The notes under the pieces are model-generated. The model had not been told where the DNA came from. It saw only the letters and a program-made list of their open reading frames with translations, and ran no database searches. Made by a program: the position numbers and the translations under genes. From a virus (Duplodnaviria; Caudoviricetes): 51,466 nucleotides of DNA. The stretch lies in IMG/VR virus record IMGVR_UViG_3300021090_000029, positions 1 to 51,466 of that record. One strand, written 5' to 3'. Shown here piece after piece: positions 29,562 to 38,979 of this stretch. The number at the start of each line of letters is the position of its first letter. Position 1 is the stretch's first letter.

Positions 29562-31256
29562 TTGGAACTTGAATATAACCGCAACCAGATAATCCGCGAA
29601 TTTTTTTCCCGCCTCTCTATCGAAGATCAGAAGGAATGGCTCATCCACCGCCGGGCCTGTGATCAATCCCTGTTCTTTTTTATCAAAGAAATGGGGGCCT
29701 TCATGAAGGGCGGGGGCGGGGACTCAAGCCTTTTCATACATCGCCCAATCTGTGACAGGTGGCAAAACCCAGACACATATAGACAGGCCGTCCATATGCC
29801 ACGGGCATGGAGAAAGACGACCTGTTTAACCATCTGGGGGAATATCTGGGAGTATCTTCAGAACAACGAAATCCGGATTCTTGTGCCGTCCGAGAAGCAA
29901 GACACGGCGGCGAAATGGATTAAGCAGATAGGGACATTGGTCTTGAATCATCGTCGCCTAAGGTGGATATACCCGGAACTCCTTTTCATAGACAACGAAT
30001 ACATCCGAACGCATAGGTGGTCGGGGTATCAGATTGACATGCCCAGGGTGGGGTTTTACCCGGACCCTACGATCGAGTGTGTGGGGATTCGTGGCGCGGC
30101 CCAGGGCGGGCACTACGATCTCGTCTCTGCGGATGACCTCGTAGGCGAGAAGGGCTTTGAGTCGGCCATCGTCATGGAAGATGCAAAGCGGTGGTTGGAT
30201 AACGTGGAAGAACTCCTGGACGACCCGTCATTCAGGCCCGGTGCATCGCGCATCCGCATCTTAGGAACTCATTGGAGCCCCTCCGATATCGGAACATACA
30301 TTCAAGACCGCTACCCGGAGTTTGCTTTTTTCATCGTCCCCTGCCGCAAAGATTCAAAGCTTCAGCGTGATCCGAAGAAGCCGGAACAAGTCACGTATAT
30401 CAATAACCCGCTGTCGGAAGAGAGCGAGTCCAACTTTCCGGAAGCCTTCCCCACGGAGCACTATATCAAGATGCTGGCGAACCCCGAAAAGGAAATTCAG
30501 TATTGGTCTCAGCACATGAATGTCCCTTCCGGTGGTTCTATCTTCACTAAGTTTGACTATGCCTGGATCAGGTGGTATCACTTTGAAGACCGTCCGGCTT
30601 TATCTGACCCATCTCGCACGGAGAAATGGATTGTCTGCGATGACGGGAAAGAGTTTAGGGTTAATGACATTCCCCTCTACGGGATGATTGATCCCGGCGG
30701 GCTGGCAGAGAAGTGGACCTCTAAGGGGGCTTCCAGGAACGCCATGCTGGTCGGCGGGCAACCATCCGACAGTTATAGGAAGTTCGTTGTGGCAACGTGG
30801 GCCAAGAGAATCAAACAGCCGTCTGACTTCAAGGACGAGCTATGGAGGTTGGACGCAATTTGGCACCCAAGATGGAAGGTGGAAATCTTCGGTCAGCAAG
30901 CCTACATTTATAGGGACATCCTAGAGGAAAAGAAGAAGCGGGGGTCTGGTATTAGGGTGTCATCACTAGAGGCGGACAACCAAAAGAATGCGAAAGAGGC
31001 CAGGATTGACGCACTCAAAGAGCCCATGGCAAACGGGGAGATTTACCTACACAAGTCCATGAAGGATTTAATAGGCGAGATTCAGACATACCCCGGCGGG
31101 TTAACTAAGGATTTAGTTGATATGTTGGGGGCGATCAATAAGCATCATTGGACGAGACAAAAGCCTGGGGATTTATTGAAGCAGAATGCTTTTAGGCCGA
31201 GGGTTTCCGACGACGAGGACGCCTATGACGAGCGGTCTATTTTGACGGGGTATTAG
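29562..31256 (+). CDS. terL: terminase large subunit
   Basis: PRAWRKTT Walker A-like, GGHYD...DDL Walker B, GT.W motif III, IDPG and DLVD nuclease motifs. Confidence 0.9.
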   Translation: MELEYNRNQIIREFFSRLSIEDQKEWLIHRRACDQSLFFFIKEMGAFMKGGGGDSSLFIHRPICDRWQNPDTYRQAVHMPRAWRKTTCLTIWGNIWEYLQNNEIRILVPSEKQDTAAKWIKQIGTLVLNHRRLRWIYPELLFIDNEYIRTHRWSGYQIDMPRVGFYPDPTIECVGIRGAAQGGHYDLVSADDLVGEKGFESAIVMEDAKRWLDNVEELLDDPSFRPGASRIRILGTHWSPSDIGTYIQDRYPEFAFFIVPCRKDSKLQRDPKKPEQVTYINNPLSEESESNFPEAFPTEHYIKMLANPEKEIQYWSQHMNVPSGGSIFTKFDYAWIRWYHFEDRPALSDPSRTEKWIVCDDGKEFRVNDIPLYGMIDPGGLAEKWTSKGASRNAMLVGGQPSDSYRKFVVATWAKRIKQPSDFKDELWRLDAIWHPRWKVEIFGQQAYIYRDILEEKKKRGSGIRVSSLEADNQKNAKEARIDALKEPMANGEIYLHKSMKDLIGEIQTYPGGLTKDLVDMLGAINKHHWTRQKPGDLLKQNAFRPRVSDDEDAYDERSILTGY

Positions 31257-31454
31257 TCCACGTGATATCTTGGGCCGTAACAAAATAATGGGTCCGCCTA
31301 AAAAACCAATTACATATCCAGAACCCCAACGACTAATGACAACCGCACATTCTGAAGCATGGAGTGTAGAAATGGCCGGGTCGGTAACTTGCACTCGGTC
31401 GCCAACTTCAAACCCTACCAACTCATCGGCTATTGAATGGGACAGTTTACTCAC
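31173..31454 (-). CDS. MSKLSR-leader SH3/KOW-like family, copy 1
   Basis: GTG-SKLSHSIADELVGFEVGDRV; 3' end overlaps terL. Confidence 0.7.
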   Translation of the reverse strand: MSKLSHSIADELVGFEVGDRVQVTDPAISTLHASECAVVISRWGSGYVIGFLGGPIILLRPKISRGLIPRQNRPLVIGVLVVGNPRPKSILLQ

Positions 31455-31699
31455 GCAAGCTCCAATTCGTATTGAAAAAACCATTCCCTATCCGTTGCGT
31501 GTTTACAATCCGGAAAAGCGACCCAAACCACAGGCTCAAGATGAACCACAGTCTCAAGGTAAGGATAAGTCTGCCTTATCTGTCCCCGCCTTCCCCGGAA
31601 GTGGCCCCTCTCTGTCAGCGCATTGGGTCCAATGATTACGAAGTCGCCTACCTGGAATCCTATTAGATCGGAGGCGACAGAGCGGGATAGTTTACTCAT
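31451..31699 (-). CDS. MSKLSR-leader family, copy 2
   Basis: MSKLSRSVASDLIGFQVGDFV...WFFQYELELA. Confidence 0.8.
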   Translation of the reverse strand: MSKLSRSVASDLIGFQVGDFVIIGPNALTERGHFRGRRGQIRQTYPYLETVVHLEPVVWVAFPDCKHATDREWFFQYELELA

Positions 31700-31916
31700 C
31701 TAGTAACTCTATGCTTGACTCATACACATACCACGATTCTCCAGTAAAGTCGCTGATTACCCTGGCCTCACGTCCCCCCCCCGGCCAGAAACCGCCCCTC
31801 GCGGCTACGGTCCCAGTTATAAATGGAGGACATGGGGTATCCCGAATATATTTAACCCTGTCGCCAATCTTGAATCCAACCAGATCAACTGCAACAGACC
31901 GGGACAGTTTACTCAA
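31692..31916 (-). CDS. MSKLSR-leader family, copy 3
   Basis: TTG-SKLSRSVAVDLVGFKIGDRV...SIELLDE. Confidence 0.8.
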   Translation of the reverse strand: MSKLSRSVAVDLVGFKIGDRVKYIRDTPCPPFITGTVAARGGFWPGGGREARVISDFTGESWYVYESSIELLDE

Positions 31917-32497
31917 AACACAAACCGCTTCATCCGCTCATCCAGATCGTCCTCAGCGGCCCCTGGCTCTTCCTTTGTTTCAGGCAGTTCCATGACGATC
32001 TTTCTTTCTTCCTTAGTTTCCTCCGCCCCGGAGATTTTGTCAAGGGCCTGGACTACCCTAGGGACCAGCGGCAAGGCGATCAGCGCCTGTTCGTAGAAGG
32101 ACAACCTTTTCGGCCCGGTCCTCCCCTTGGCCATCCTAAACGTAGGCTTCCTTACGGGGTTCCCGTTTTCGTCTTTATAGATATCGCAGACACAGACCGC
32201 GACATCTTGCCCCCCGGATTCCTGTGCCGTGTTGACGACCACGGGGAATACGGCCTTTCCGAAGTCCCCTTCCCAGATACAGGTTGCTCTTTCCCCTGCG
32301 CGGGACATCATTTCGGCCATCCATTTGTGCTGATTGGACTGCCTCCATCTCTCTAAATTGGCGAGTCCCCTGAGTCTGGCCTTCTCTTTCCTGATCGCCT
32401 GTTTTTCCTCTAGGGTGGCCCCCAATTCAGCGGACGGACCTGAGCCAGGGAGGAGTTTCCTCCTTTTGGAGAGCGGGCTAGGAACACCTGAAGGCAT
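31913..32497 (-). CDS. hypothetical protein
   Basis: 194-aa ORF in coupled operon. Confidence 0.65.
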   Translation of the reverse strand: MPSGVPSPLSKRRKLLPGSGPSAELGATLEEKQAIRKEKARLRGLANLERWRQSNQHKWMAEMMSRAGERATCIWEGDFGKAVFPVVVNTAQESGGQDVAVCVCDIYKDENGNPVRKPTFRMAKGRTGPKRLSFYEQALIALPLVPRVVQALDKISGAEETKEERKIVMELPETKEEPGAAEDDLDERMKRFVF

Positions 32498-32499
32498 GG

Positions 32500-32739
32500 T
32501 TACTTCTTATTTCGCGGAGTATTCATCCGGTCTTCCAGATAATCAATCCTTTCCGACTGAGCCGTAACAATGTTCAGTAGTTGTGCCATCTCGGTCGAAA
32601 GGCTCACCAGGACATTGGACAGGTCTCTAACCATATAGAGGATATCCGTATGGTCCTTTTCAATGTATTCAATGGTTCGGTCGAGGCGCGCGATTTGCGC
32701 CCGCGACTGTCGAATCTGTCTGCCATAAAAGATGCTCAT
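32500..32739 (-). CDS. coiled-coil hypothetical protein
   Basis: 79 aa, heptads. Confidence 0.6.
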   Translation of the reverse strand: MSIFYGRQIRQSRAQIARLDRTIEYIEKDHTDILYMVRDLSNVLVSLSTEMAQLLNIVTAQSERIDYLEDRMNTPRNKK

Positions 32740-32996
32740 TCTTTGTCTCCTATAACTTCGTATTCACCGGGCCAAAGATACCAATAAAATCCTGGCCTTG
32801 CTCCGTCTTTGTTCCAGCCGACCTTATTTTTGAGTTTTATGGTTATGTACCCGTGGCCAACCTCAGTAACAATCCCCCCTCTAGACCCCCCAATGCAATG
32901 TTGCCACATACCAAGGACCCTCGGAGTCGGGCGCACGCGATCCCCTACCTGTGGCCCGATCAGTTCCGCGCTAACGGCCCTGGACAACTTGCTCAT
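32736..32996 (-). CDS. MSKLSR-leader family, copy 4
   Basis: MSKLSRAVSAELIGPQVGDRV...LWPGEYEVI. Confidence 0.8.
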   Translation of the reverse strand: MSKLSRAVSAELIGPQVGDRVRPTPRVLGMWQHCIGGSRGGIVTEVGHGYITIKLKNKVGWNKDGARPGFYWYLWPGEYEVIGDKE

Positions 32997-33253
32997 TTTT
33001 TCAAATACTCCGCCCATGCTCTCACGCTCATGGTAGCCACGGCCAGACTAAACATGACCGGGCCAAGTCCCTTGCCGTAAGCTTTGGCCCATGGATCGTG
33101 AAATTGTTTCCCGGTCCCATGGAGCCTCCCGTGGCACATGGCACAAATAGCGACTTCGATTTCCGGCTCATAACAGACGTGATGGTTCATATACTTATTT
33201 CGGTTCCCGCCCAGATGAGAACAGACGGGGCACTTATTCTGCTTCTTCGGCAT
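32993..33253 (-). CDS. HNH-like Zn-finger protein
   Basis: CPVC...HHV...ICAMCHGRLH. Confidence 0.6.
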   Translation of the reverse strand: MPKKQNKCPVCSHLGGNRNKYMNHHVCYEPEIEVAICAMCHGRLHGTGKQFHDPWAKAYGKGLGPVMFSLAVATMSVRAWAEYLKK

Positions 33254-33503
33254 ATTGGACAATTTTATACTCATCACTCAGGAAGAACCAGCCACCGGGG
33301 CGCCCGTCCATGTTCCGGCCCTTTCCTGCCTTCCTTGTCCGCACAGAAATATCCCCATCCGAGTAAATTCTAATCACCTTAAACCGGGCGCGTGTTACCT
33401 TACTTCCCCACCGCCGAATTCCCGCCTCGGTCGCCATAACCACGTCTCCGAGACGGACGCCCCCAACAAGCGATTCGGCCACGGCGCGGGACAGTTTACT
33501 CAT
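33234..33503 (-). CDS. MSKLSR-leader family, copy 5
   Basis: MSKLSRAVAESLVGGVRLGDVV...FFLSDEYKIV. Confidence 0.8.
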   Translation of the reverse strand: MSKLSRAVAESLVGGVRLGDVVMATEAGIRRWGSKVTRARFKVIRIYSDGDISVRTRKAGKGRNMDGRPGGWFFLSDEYKIVQYAEEAE

Positions 33504-33672
33504 GTCTGTTCTGTATGTCAATAATCAGCATTATAGCACAGGCCAATATAAGAAAGCAAATGGCCGTCATCCTGTGCCAAGTCTCCTGTGCCACCGCGAA
33601 GTTCAAGAAGGCAAACACGAAGGCGACGACCGCAAAGACAATGGCCAGGGATTGCTTTAAATCCTTGCTCAC
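33496..33672 (-). CDS. 58-aa two-TM membrane peptide
   Basis: Hand translation MSKDLKQSLAIVFAVVAFVFAFLNFAVA...; coupled at both ends. Confidence 0.55.
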   Translation of the reverse strand: MSKDLKQSLAIVFAVVAFVFAFLNFAVAQETWHRMTAICFLILACAIMLIIDIQNRHE

Positions 33673-33770
33673 TTATGCCTCTTAACCAATTCAGCCAAGG
33701 CCCAAAAGAGCATCCCTCCAAGGATAACGATAGCCCCGATAAGGCACCAATCCAAAGTGCTTAAATTCAC
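33669..33770 (-). CDS. 33-aa membrane peptide
   Basis: MNLSTLDWCLIGAIVILGGMLFWALAELVKRHK; GGAGG RBS; GTGA coupling. Confidence 0.55.
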   Translation of the reverse strand: MNLSTLDWCLIGAIVILGGMLFWALAELVKRHK

Positions 33771-34024
33771 TTGTCCTCCTTTCTTTCCCCAATGGTCTCC
33801 CTTAGCCAATTCAAATAAACGCTAGTCTTCTCTAAGTCTTTCCCCGGCTCCCCCTTAAACGGGAACCTACAGACGTATTGGATTAAACTTCCCCATAAAA
33901 ACCCCTGCCAGGGGGTGACGGGCATAGAGCTTAGCTTGGCTTTAATGAAGTCAATAAGCTCTATTCCACCCGCCGTGTAATGGGCCGGGTGAAGCACCTG
34001 ATCGGCTCCCCAATCACTTCTCAT
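33767..34024 (-). CDS. DUF3310 / T7 gp1.7-like protein
   Basis: V.HPAHY..GGIE.IDFI...Y..R...KG....DL.K...YL. Confidence 0.75.
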   Translation of the reverse strand: MRSDWGADQVLHPAHYTAGGIELIDFIKAKLSSMPVTPWQGFLWGSLIQYVCRFPFKGEPGKDLEKTSVYLNWLRETIGERKEDK

Positions 34025-34370
34025 GTTTGTTCTCCATGTTCGGCTCCTCCCCAAGCAAATACACGGGCATCCCTAATTCAATAGCCCGCGACCGTTCAAT
34101 ACAACTGCCCTCCGAACACTCCCAATTCGGCATCATCACTATGATATCACACCTGGAAATAATTTCCAAGTCCCCGGCCATGAAATCCTCATGGGAAAGA
34201 TCGTCGCCCTCCATGAAGATATTATTCGTATGGGGACAGATAACCGCATAGCCCTTCTTCCAAAGACCACGGGCGGCGGCACGGGCTGAGCAGATGTTCT
34301 CCCATACGTCATTCGCCCCCGGCCCCCTATACGGCCCGGCAAGATAAGCCAAAGATAATCTTTTATTCAT
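34014..34370 (-). CDS. DUF4406 / nucleoside deoxyribosyltransferase-like protein
   Basis: YLAGPY...PH...CD.I.M.PNWE.S.G...E...A...G.PV. Confidence 0.75.
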   Translation of the reverse strand: MNKRLSLAYLAGPYRGPGANDVWENICSARAAARGLWKKGYAVICPHTNNIFMEGDDLSHEDFMAGDLEIISRCDIIVMMPNWECSEGSCIERSRAIELGMPVYLLGEEPNMENKHEK

Positions 34371-34605
34371 TGGTTACAACCACAAAGCCCTTCCCGTTGT
34401 TCACGTATCCACGAGGCAAATCACTCCACCCACTAACCCAATCCTCATGTTTAAACTCGGCCCAAACTTTTATCCCGTCTATTTTCACTATTCGCCCAAC
34501 GGCCCCTGGGCGCACTATCCGTGGGTATAAAGAAGTTGTGACGTAATCACCAATATGAAATTCTCCGGTAAGATCATGGGCTATTTTGTGAGATAGTTTA
34601 CTCAT
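34363..34605 (-). CDS. MSKLSR-leader family, copy 6
   Basis: MSKLSHKIAHDLTGEFHIGDYV. Confidence 0.8.
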   Translation of the reverse strand: MSKLSHKIAHDLTGEFHIGDYVTTSLYPRIVRPGAVGRIVKIDGIKVWAEFKHEDWVSGWSDLPRGYVNNGKGFVVVTNE

Positions 34606-34874
34606 ATTTTCTCCGCAAAAACCGACCCGTTCTCCATTATCTTCTTGTCCTCATACGGCGCAACCTTAACCCTATACCACTCGCTTGCCGCACAGGAAAG
34701 AACGCCCATGATCTCATTGTGGATTTCATAGGCTTCTGTAAACTGATTGAAAAAGGTGTCGCACAGGTTGGCAATGAGGTAGTGAAGCTCCCCGGCCGTC
34801 TCCGGGGGGGAGTCTTCCATCGCCGCGACGAGGCTTCTGAATTGCTCCCGATCCGTCTTGTTAATGTAGGGCAT
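34602..34874 (-). CDS. conserved phage protein (MPYI...GEL.Y...PYED.K family)
   Basis: Motif pattern recognised from phage genomes. Confidence 0.7.
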   Translation of the reverse strand: MPYINKTDREQFRSLVAAMEDSPPETAGELHYLIANLCDTFFNQFTEAYEIHNEIMGVLSCAASEWYRVKVAPYEDKKIMENGSVFAEKI

Positions 34875-34882
34875 TGGTCCTC

Positions 34883-35554
34883 CTAGATAGACGTTTTAGT
34901 AAGTCTGCCGAAGCCCTGGAGCCGCTTCCAAACCTGCTCCAACGAAGTCACGTCTTCCTGACAATGTTTTAGAATCCAATCCAGGCTCTTGCTGTCACCA
35001 GCCTGGGCCTTCTGCCAAATGTCCGGATTCAACCTGTGCGCCTTAGACGGGATTTCAAGCAAATCACACGCCACCTCTAGCCGGTTCCGATGTAATCTCA
35101 TCTTCTTCTTGACATAGTCATAGCAGTCCGTAAAGAAGTTATCCCCGTATTCAGGAAAGTCGGCCCCCCATTTCAAGGCGCGAGTCCGAAGAAACGGCAC
35201 GTCGAATCTCCCGTTGGAACTGTAGTAGCCGATGAGTCGGTCATACTTTTGCGCCGCTTCGTAAAACTCGTGGACAAGTCTTTCGTCGAATTTGTGGGTT
35301 CTGATTTCGCGGGGAGTAATACAATGCGATTCAATTTTGTCCCCGTCCGGCTTAATGCACCAGCACAGCATGTACCCGAACGATGCGTTAAGATTGGTGG
35401 TCTCAATGTCCAGGAACCCAACGGTCTCTTTAGGACGGTCCTTGACTTCCCGGTCATAGCATCTGGGGTGCTGAAGATAAGCGACGTGGTGTTTACACCT
35501 GTGTTGCGCCATCCAAAGGATGTCGTCTTTCGGAAGTTTTGCGATGTTCAACAA
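34883..35554 (-). CDS. DnaQ/RNase H-like 3'-5' exonuclease
   Basis: FLDIET, FD.PFL, HC.EDV (DEDD motifs). Confidence 0.8.
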   Translation of the reverse strand: MLNIAKLPKDDILWMAQHRCKHHVAYLQHPRCYDREVKDRPKETVGFLDIETTNLNASFGYMLCWCIKPDGDKIESHCITPREIRTHKFDERLVHEFYEAAQKYDRLIGYYSSNGRFDVPFLRTRALKWGADFPEYGDNFFTDCYDYVKKKMRLHRNRLEVACDLLEIPSKAHRLNPDIWQKAQAGDSKSLDWILKHCQEDVTSLEQVWKRLQGFGRLTKTSI

Positions 35555-35690
35555 TTGTTCCTTTCAAACGGATCGTTTCCATAGTAAGCATCGTCACGTT
35601 CAATCATCGGTTGGGGCGGGCGCTGACTCCAACTGAGCCTCCCCCCGAGCGCGGCCCAAAATAGAGTAAACGCTAGGCGTAGACGGTCAA

Positions 35691-36782
35691 TCATCTTGTC
35701 GCCTTATATGCCTGATACATAGCGTCAACTTCTAACCCGCCCAACTCCATCTCCTTATTCAAATCCGGGTAGGCCAACTCCTGCTCTTTCGACTGCCCCT
35801 GAAACCCCGACGCCGTCAAATGCTCATACCCCATAGTGTTCTCAAGCATCCACTTGGTTATTCCATAAATCTGTGCAACATTCGGACGCCTCCCCTGGCC
35901 CGCTGGAAGCCACGGCCAAGTCAGCCCCAGGCTAGAATGGAATACGTCCTCACCGTCGTTACTGCCGTAGTACCCCATCGACATTAGAGTATGGACCCCG
36001 CTACCCGGCCCCTTGGCCCAGCCCTTTTCCTCGTCAAAGATAGTAGACATCGACCCGACTTCGTGAGAGGTCGCTGGCGACTTTCCGCCCCCGGCCAACG
36101 TCTTGTAGTCGTCAAACCATTCGCCGGAGTCAATGTAATACTGCTGGATGTGTATGGCCGGGGCGCCGAGTTCAACCAAACGACGGATAATGATCTGCTG
36201 TTCCTCATTTGTTTGGGGCTCATTGGCCGCCTCGTAAATGAGATACGGCAGATATTGCTTCGTTTCCGTAATCAGGCGGTCAAAAATGGCCTGAGGATAA
36301 TTCCCCTGGTATGGTTTTAGCGTAAGGATTGGGGTCAGCTTCCTCTTCACGGCCCATTTCAGGCGGCGATGCAGATGGTCGAAATAGTCACTATCCCGGC
36401 CGGGAATAAAGCTCTTCCAATTAACACTCTCATCGAAGAATCCTGACAAAGACCGGAAACTGTTGGCCCCGTGATCTACCAGCCAATCAAAATACTTGGG
36501 CAAATCATCTTCCTTGAACCCCGGTCCATCTCTCGCGCACAGGATAGTCAATAGCCCCCCGCTATAACAAATGATCTTTCCTGTGTCGTTATACGGGTGA
36601 TCGCAAACGGGCATAACGTACGGTGGTTCGGGCGGCTCTGGCGGCTCCGGGGGCCTCGGCGGTGGCGGCGAAGAAGACAGGCACTTAAAAAACCGGCGAA
36701 AATCCATGTCCCTAAGCGGCCGACCCTTGATCCATTTGTTCCAACAGTAATTCCAATTCATTCTTTTCTCCTTCGCGCTCAT
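35691..36782 (-). CDS. hypothetical protein; Pro-rich linker plus possible glycoside hydrolase-like TIM barrel
   Basis: PPPPRPPEPPEPPEP; GANSFR, YEAANEP resemble clan GH-A. Confidence 0.5.
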   Translation of the reverse strand: MSAKEKRMNWNYCWNKWIKGRPLRDMDFRRFFKCLSSSPPPPRPPEPPEPPEPPYVMPVCDHPYNDTGKIICYSGGLLTILCARDGPGFKEDDLPKYFDWLVDHGANSFRSLSGFFDESVNWKSFIPGRDSDYFDHLHRRLKWAVKRKLTPILTLKPYQGNYPQAIFDRLITETKQYLPYLIYEAANEPQTNEEQQIIIRRLVELGAPAIHIQQYYIDSGEWFDDYKTLAGGGKSPATSHEVGSMSTIFDEEKGWAKGPGSGVHTLMSMGYYGSNDGEDVFHSSLGLTWPWLPAGQGRRPNVAQIYGITKWMLENTMGYEHLTASGFQGQSKEQELAYPDLNKEMELGGLEVDAMYQAYKATR

Positions 36783-37315
36783 TCCTCAGTCGGGTTGTCG
36801 CTGAGGGATTGCATGGTTTCTATCACTTCATCCATGTGGTAGGGGTAGTAATCATGCGTATCAACCCCCACATCGAAAGACTTGCCGTACGGGGAAAGGC
36901 GACCGTGGCTGTGGCCGAACAGATGCCAGCCGCCGTGAAACGAAAAGGGCCACGTCCTCATGGCGTAGTGGCACAGAGTTATGGGCCATGATCTAGGAAA
37001 AGTGGCAGTCTTGAGTGTTTTGAGCCAGACGATCTCGGCCAGATGTTCCCGAATCTCGGGACGCTTGGCTTCGGCATCGTGGCTCCCCTCTATCAGATGA
37101 ATCACTCCGTTCAACCGCTTGAAAATAGGGAGACCGCCTTTCCAAAATAAGTCACCGAGCACATAGACCTGATCGCCAGGGTTTATACGGTCATTCCACC
37201 TCATAATCAGCCCTTCGTTCATGTCCTCGACCGAGGCGAAGGGGCGATGACAGAAGTCGATGATGTTGGCATGACCGAAGTGGTGGTCTGCCGTAAACCA
37301 AAGATTGCCGCTCAC
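36779..37315 (-). CDS. calcineurin-like metallophosphoesterase
   Basis: D.HFGH, LGD, G.HD, HY, GHSHG motifs; GTG start coupled. Confidence 0.85.
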   Translation of the reverse strand: MSGNLWFTADHHFGHANIIDFCHRPFASVEDMNEGLIMRWNDRINPGDQVYVLGDLFWKGGLPIFKRLNGVIHLIEGSHDAEAKRPEIREHLAEIVWLKTLKTATFPRSWPITLCHYAMRTWPFSFHGGWHLFGHSHGRLSPYGKSFDVGVDTHDYYPYHMDEVIETMQSLSDNPTEE

Positions 37316-37629
37316 TCCTTCCCCTCCTTGACTTCGCGGGCGGCGCGGACATAGGCGCAGACAGCTTCGATGAAGTTGCACAACATGAGCCAACTTGAGT
37401 TCCGCCCTCGCCGTTTAACCCTGGAGTGCATGACTCGCGCCAGCATTACCCATTGACCCATCGCCTTCAATCCGGCCCGCTCCGCCGGGGTCCAGAACAT
37501 CGGGTCGTTGCCGGGGATAAAGCCACGGCCAGAGCAATAAAAACAAACTACTTGCGCTGGCTTTCTCCCGTTTATTGCAAATGGTAGGTCCCATCGTTCT
37601 CCGCTCCCGCCGCACGTGAAGCACTTCAC
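37312..37629 (-). CDS. CxxCxGxG zinc-finger protein
   Basis: CFTCGGSG...CFYCSGRG. Confidence 0.6.
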   Translation of the reverse strand: MKCFTCGGSGERWDLPFAINGRKPAQVVCFYCSGRGFIPGNDPMFWTPAERAGLKAMGQWVMLARVMHSRVKRRGRNSSWLMLCNFIEAVCAYVRAAREVKEGKE

Positions 37630-38204
37630 TTCTTTCCCTCCTGGTCTACGCGCCTGAATTCAATCACCCAGACCCAGGGATTAGCGTCCCACCCGAATCC
37701 CCGCTTGGCGTTCAGGGAGTCCCAATACAACATAAAAGCGGCCGTTGGGTTGGGGCATCGGAATCCTTCGGCCCAAGCCCCGCCGTCAACGTGCTGACCG
37801 AATTCGTCTTTTTTGTCGATCTCCTGCAACCTCTCGACCCTGACCGAGAGGACTTCGAGCGTGATCCGAGAGGCAAGGCGAGGCATAAAAATCGGGGATC
37901 GCCATTTCATTGGGCTAGCCGGGCCGTCACCCCGACCGTCTTGATGGTCGGCACGGTAAGAAATACCGCTTGGACAACCAGGAACATTGTCAGCCCAAGT
38001 CTCCCGGACCCAGAGTCGGTCGCCCGGTTGAAATGGCGATATCTTGAGCCATGCCGCTTTATAAGATTCAACCAAGGCTGGCATGATTTCAGGGCGATCC
38101 AAGATTTCGGGAGCATTCTTAATCACTCTCCTCGTCTGCGTCTTTCGTCCGTCGAGGATCGCCCGAACGCTCAGGTCGGAAAAGATGATCGGCCGCTCTT
38201 TCAC
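37626..38204 (-). CDS. ASCH/PUA-like phage protein
   Basis: ERPIIF...AIL.GRKTQTRR, GDRLWVRETW, MPR.ASRI.LE, NPWVWVIEF. Confidence 0.8.
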   Translation of the reverse strand: MKERPIIFSDLSVRAILDGRKTQTRRVIKNAPEILDRPEIMPALVESYKAAWLKISPFQPGDRLWVRETWADNVPGCPSGISYRADHQDGRGDGPASPMKWRSPIFMPRLASRITLEVLSVRVERLQEIDKKDEFGQHVDGGAWAEGFRCPNPTAAFMLYWDSLNAKRGFGWDANPWVWVIEFRRVDQEGKK

Positions 38205-38518
38205 TTCTTCCCCTCCCACTCATCGAGGGCGGCGCGGAGTGCGTCTCGATCTTGACGATAAACCTGCCAAATCATGTATTTCATGCGTTCGTCGTCCATC
38301 TCCACGCCAGAGTCATCCAACATGTCCTTAGCCGCCTCCGCCAATTTCTCGGCGGCGTCGAGGCTGGAGAGGAGGCGGAGGATGGAGTCGGCGCGGGCCA
38401 AGCGTTCTTCCTCATTGGATACATCTTCACACCACGCGCTCAGCTTCGCACTCATCACACAATAGCGCCGTTCCTCTTCCGCCCACTCTCTCAGCGCGTT
38501 CCGGTCAGCGGGGGTCAT
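38201..38518 (-). CDS. hypothetical helical protein
   Basis: 105 aa, coupled. Confidence 0.6.
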   Translation of the reverse strand: MTPADRNALREWAEEERRYCVMSAKLSAWCEDVSNEEERLARADSILRLLSSLDAAEKLAEAAKDMLDDSGVEMDDERMKYMIWQVYRQDRDALRAALDEWEGKK

Positions 38519-38784
38519 GGCTTCGGCTCCTTCTCCTCCTCCGCCTCGGTCCCTTCCGGCGCGTCCTCCACTTCCACGCCGAGGGAGTTGGCGGAATAAT
38601 CTACGATGATGCCCCAGGATTCCAAGATGGTCGCTATAGGGATTTCGGGACTCCCCCCCATGCTGGCGGCCAAAAGAGCCGCCTTAAACGCCCCCGCCAA
38701 CGAAGCCAGGGGTATCGCCCTCGGCTTCTCGCCCCGCTCCACCACCCACCCCTTGATTTCTTTCGCCTTTTTCGTCTTGGCCAT
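38515..38784 (-). CDS. MxKTKKAKEIKGWVVE family, variant 2
   Basis: N-terminus shared with 39521-39796. Confidence 0.65.
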   Translation of the reverse strand: MAKTKKAKEIKGWVVERGEKPRAIPLASLAGAFKAALLAASMGGSPEIPIATILESWGIIVDYSANSLGVEVEDAPEGTEAEEEKEPKP

Positions 38785-38824
38785 GCTTATTCTCCGTTCT
38801 CCTCCCGGCACTTGGCGGGGCGGA
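38737..38824. repeat. 88-bp direct repeat (partner 39749-39836)
   Basis: One mismatch; spans a gene junction. Confidence 0.9.
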
Positions 38825-38969
38825 CGGCCCGAGCCCCGCCCATAGTGTCGAGAACAATCTCAAGGGCACGGCAATACGGCTGACGGAAAAACGGATGATG
38901 CCAATATAGGCACGGACACACGTCGCAGTATCGCGGATCGGGGAGGTTGATTGTGAGAATCATGGTCAT
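38787..38969 (-). CDS. Cys-rich LPDPRYCDxCPC family, variant 2
   Basis: Same ends as 39799-39996. Confidence 0.65.
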   Translation of the reverse strand: MTMILTINLPDPRYCDVCPCLYWHHPFFRQPYCRALEIVLDTMGGARAVRPAKCREENGE

Positions 38970-38979
38970 GCTCCTTCCC

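Noticed and set aside
33518-33721. Listed 67-aa ORF
   Set aside because: Two coupled membrane-peptide ORFs in other frames fit the RBS and overlaps better
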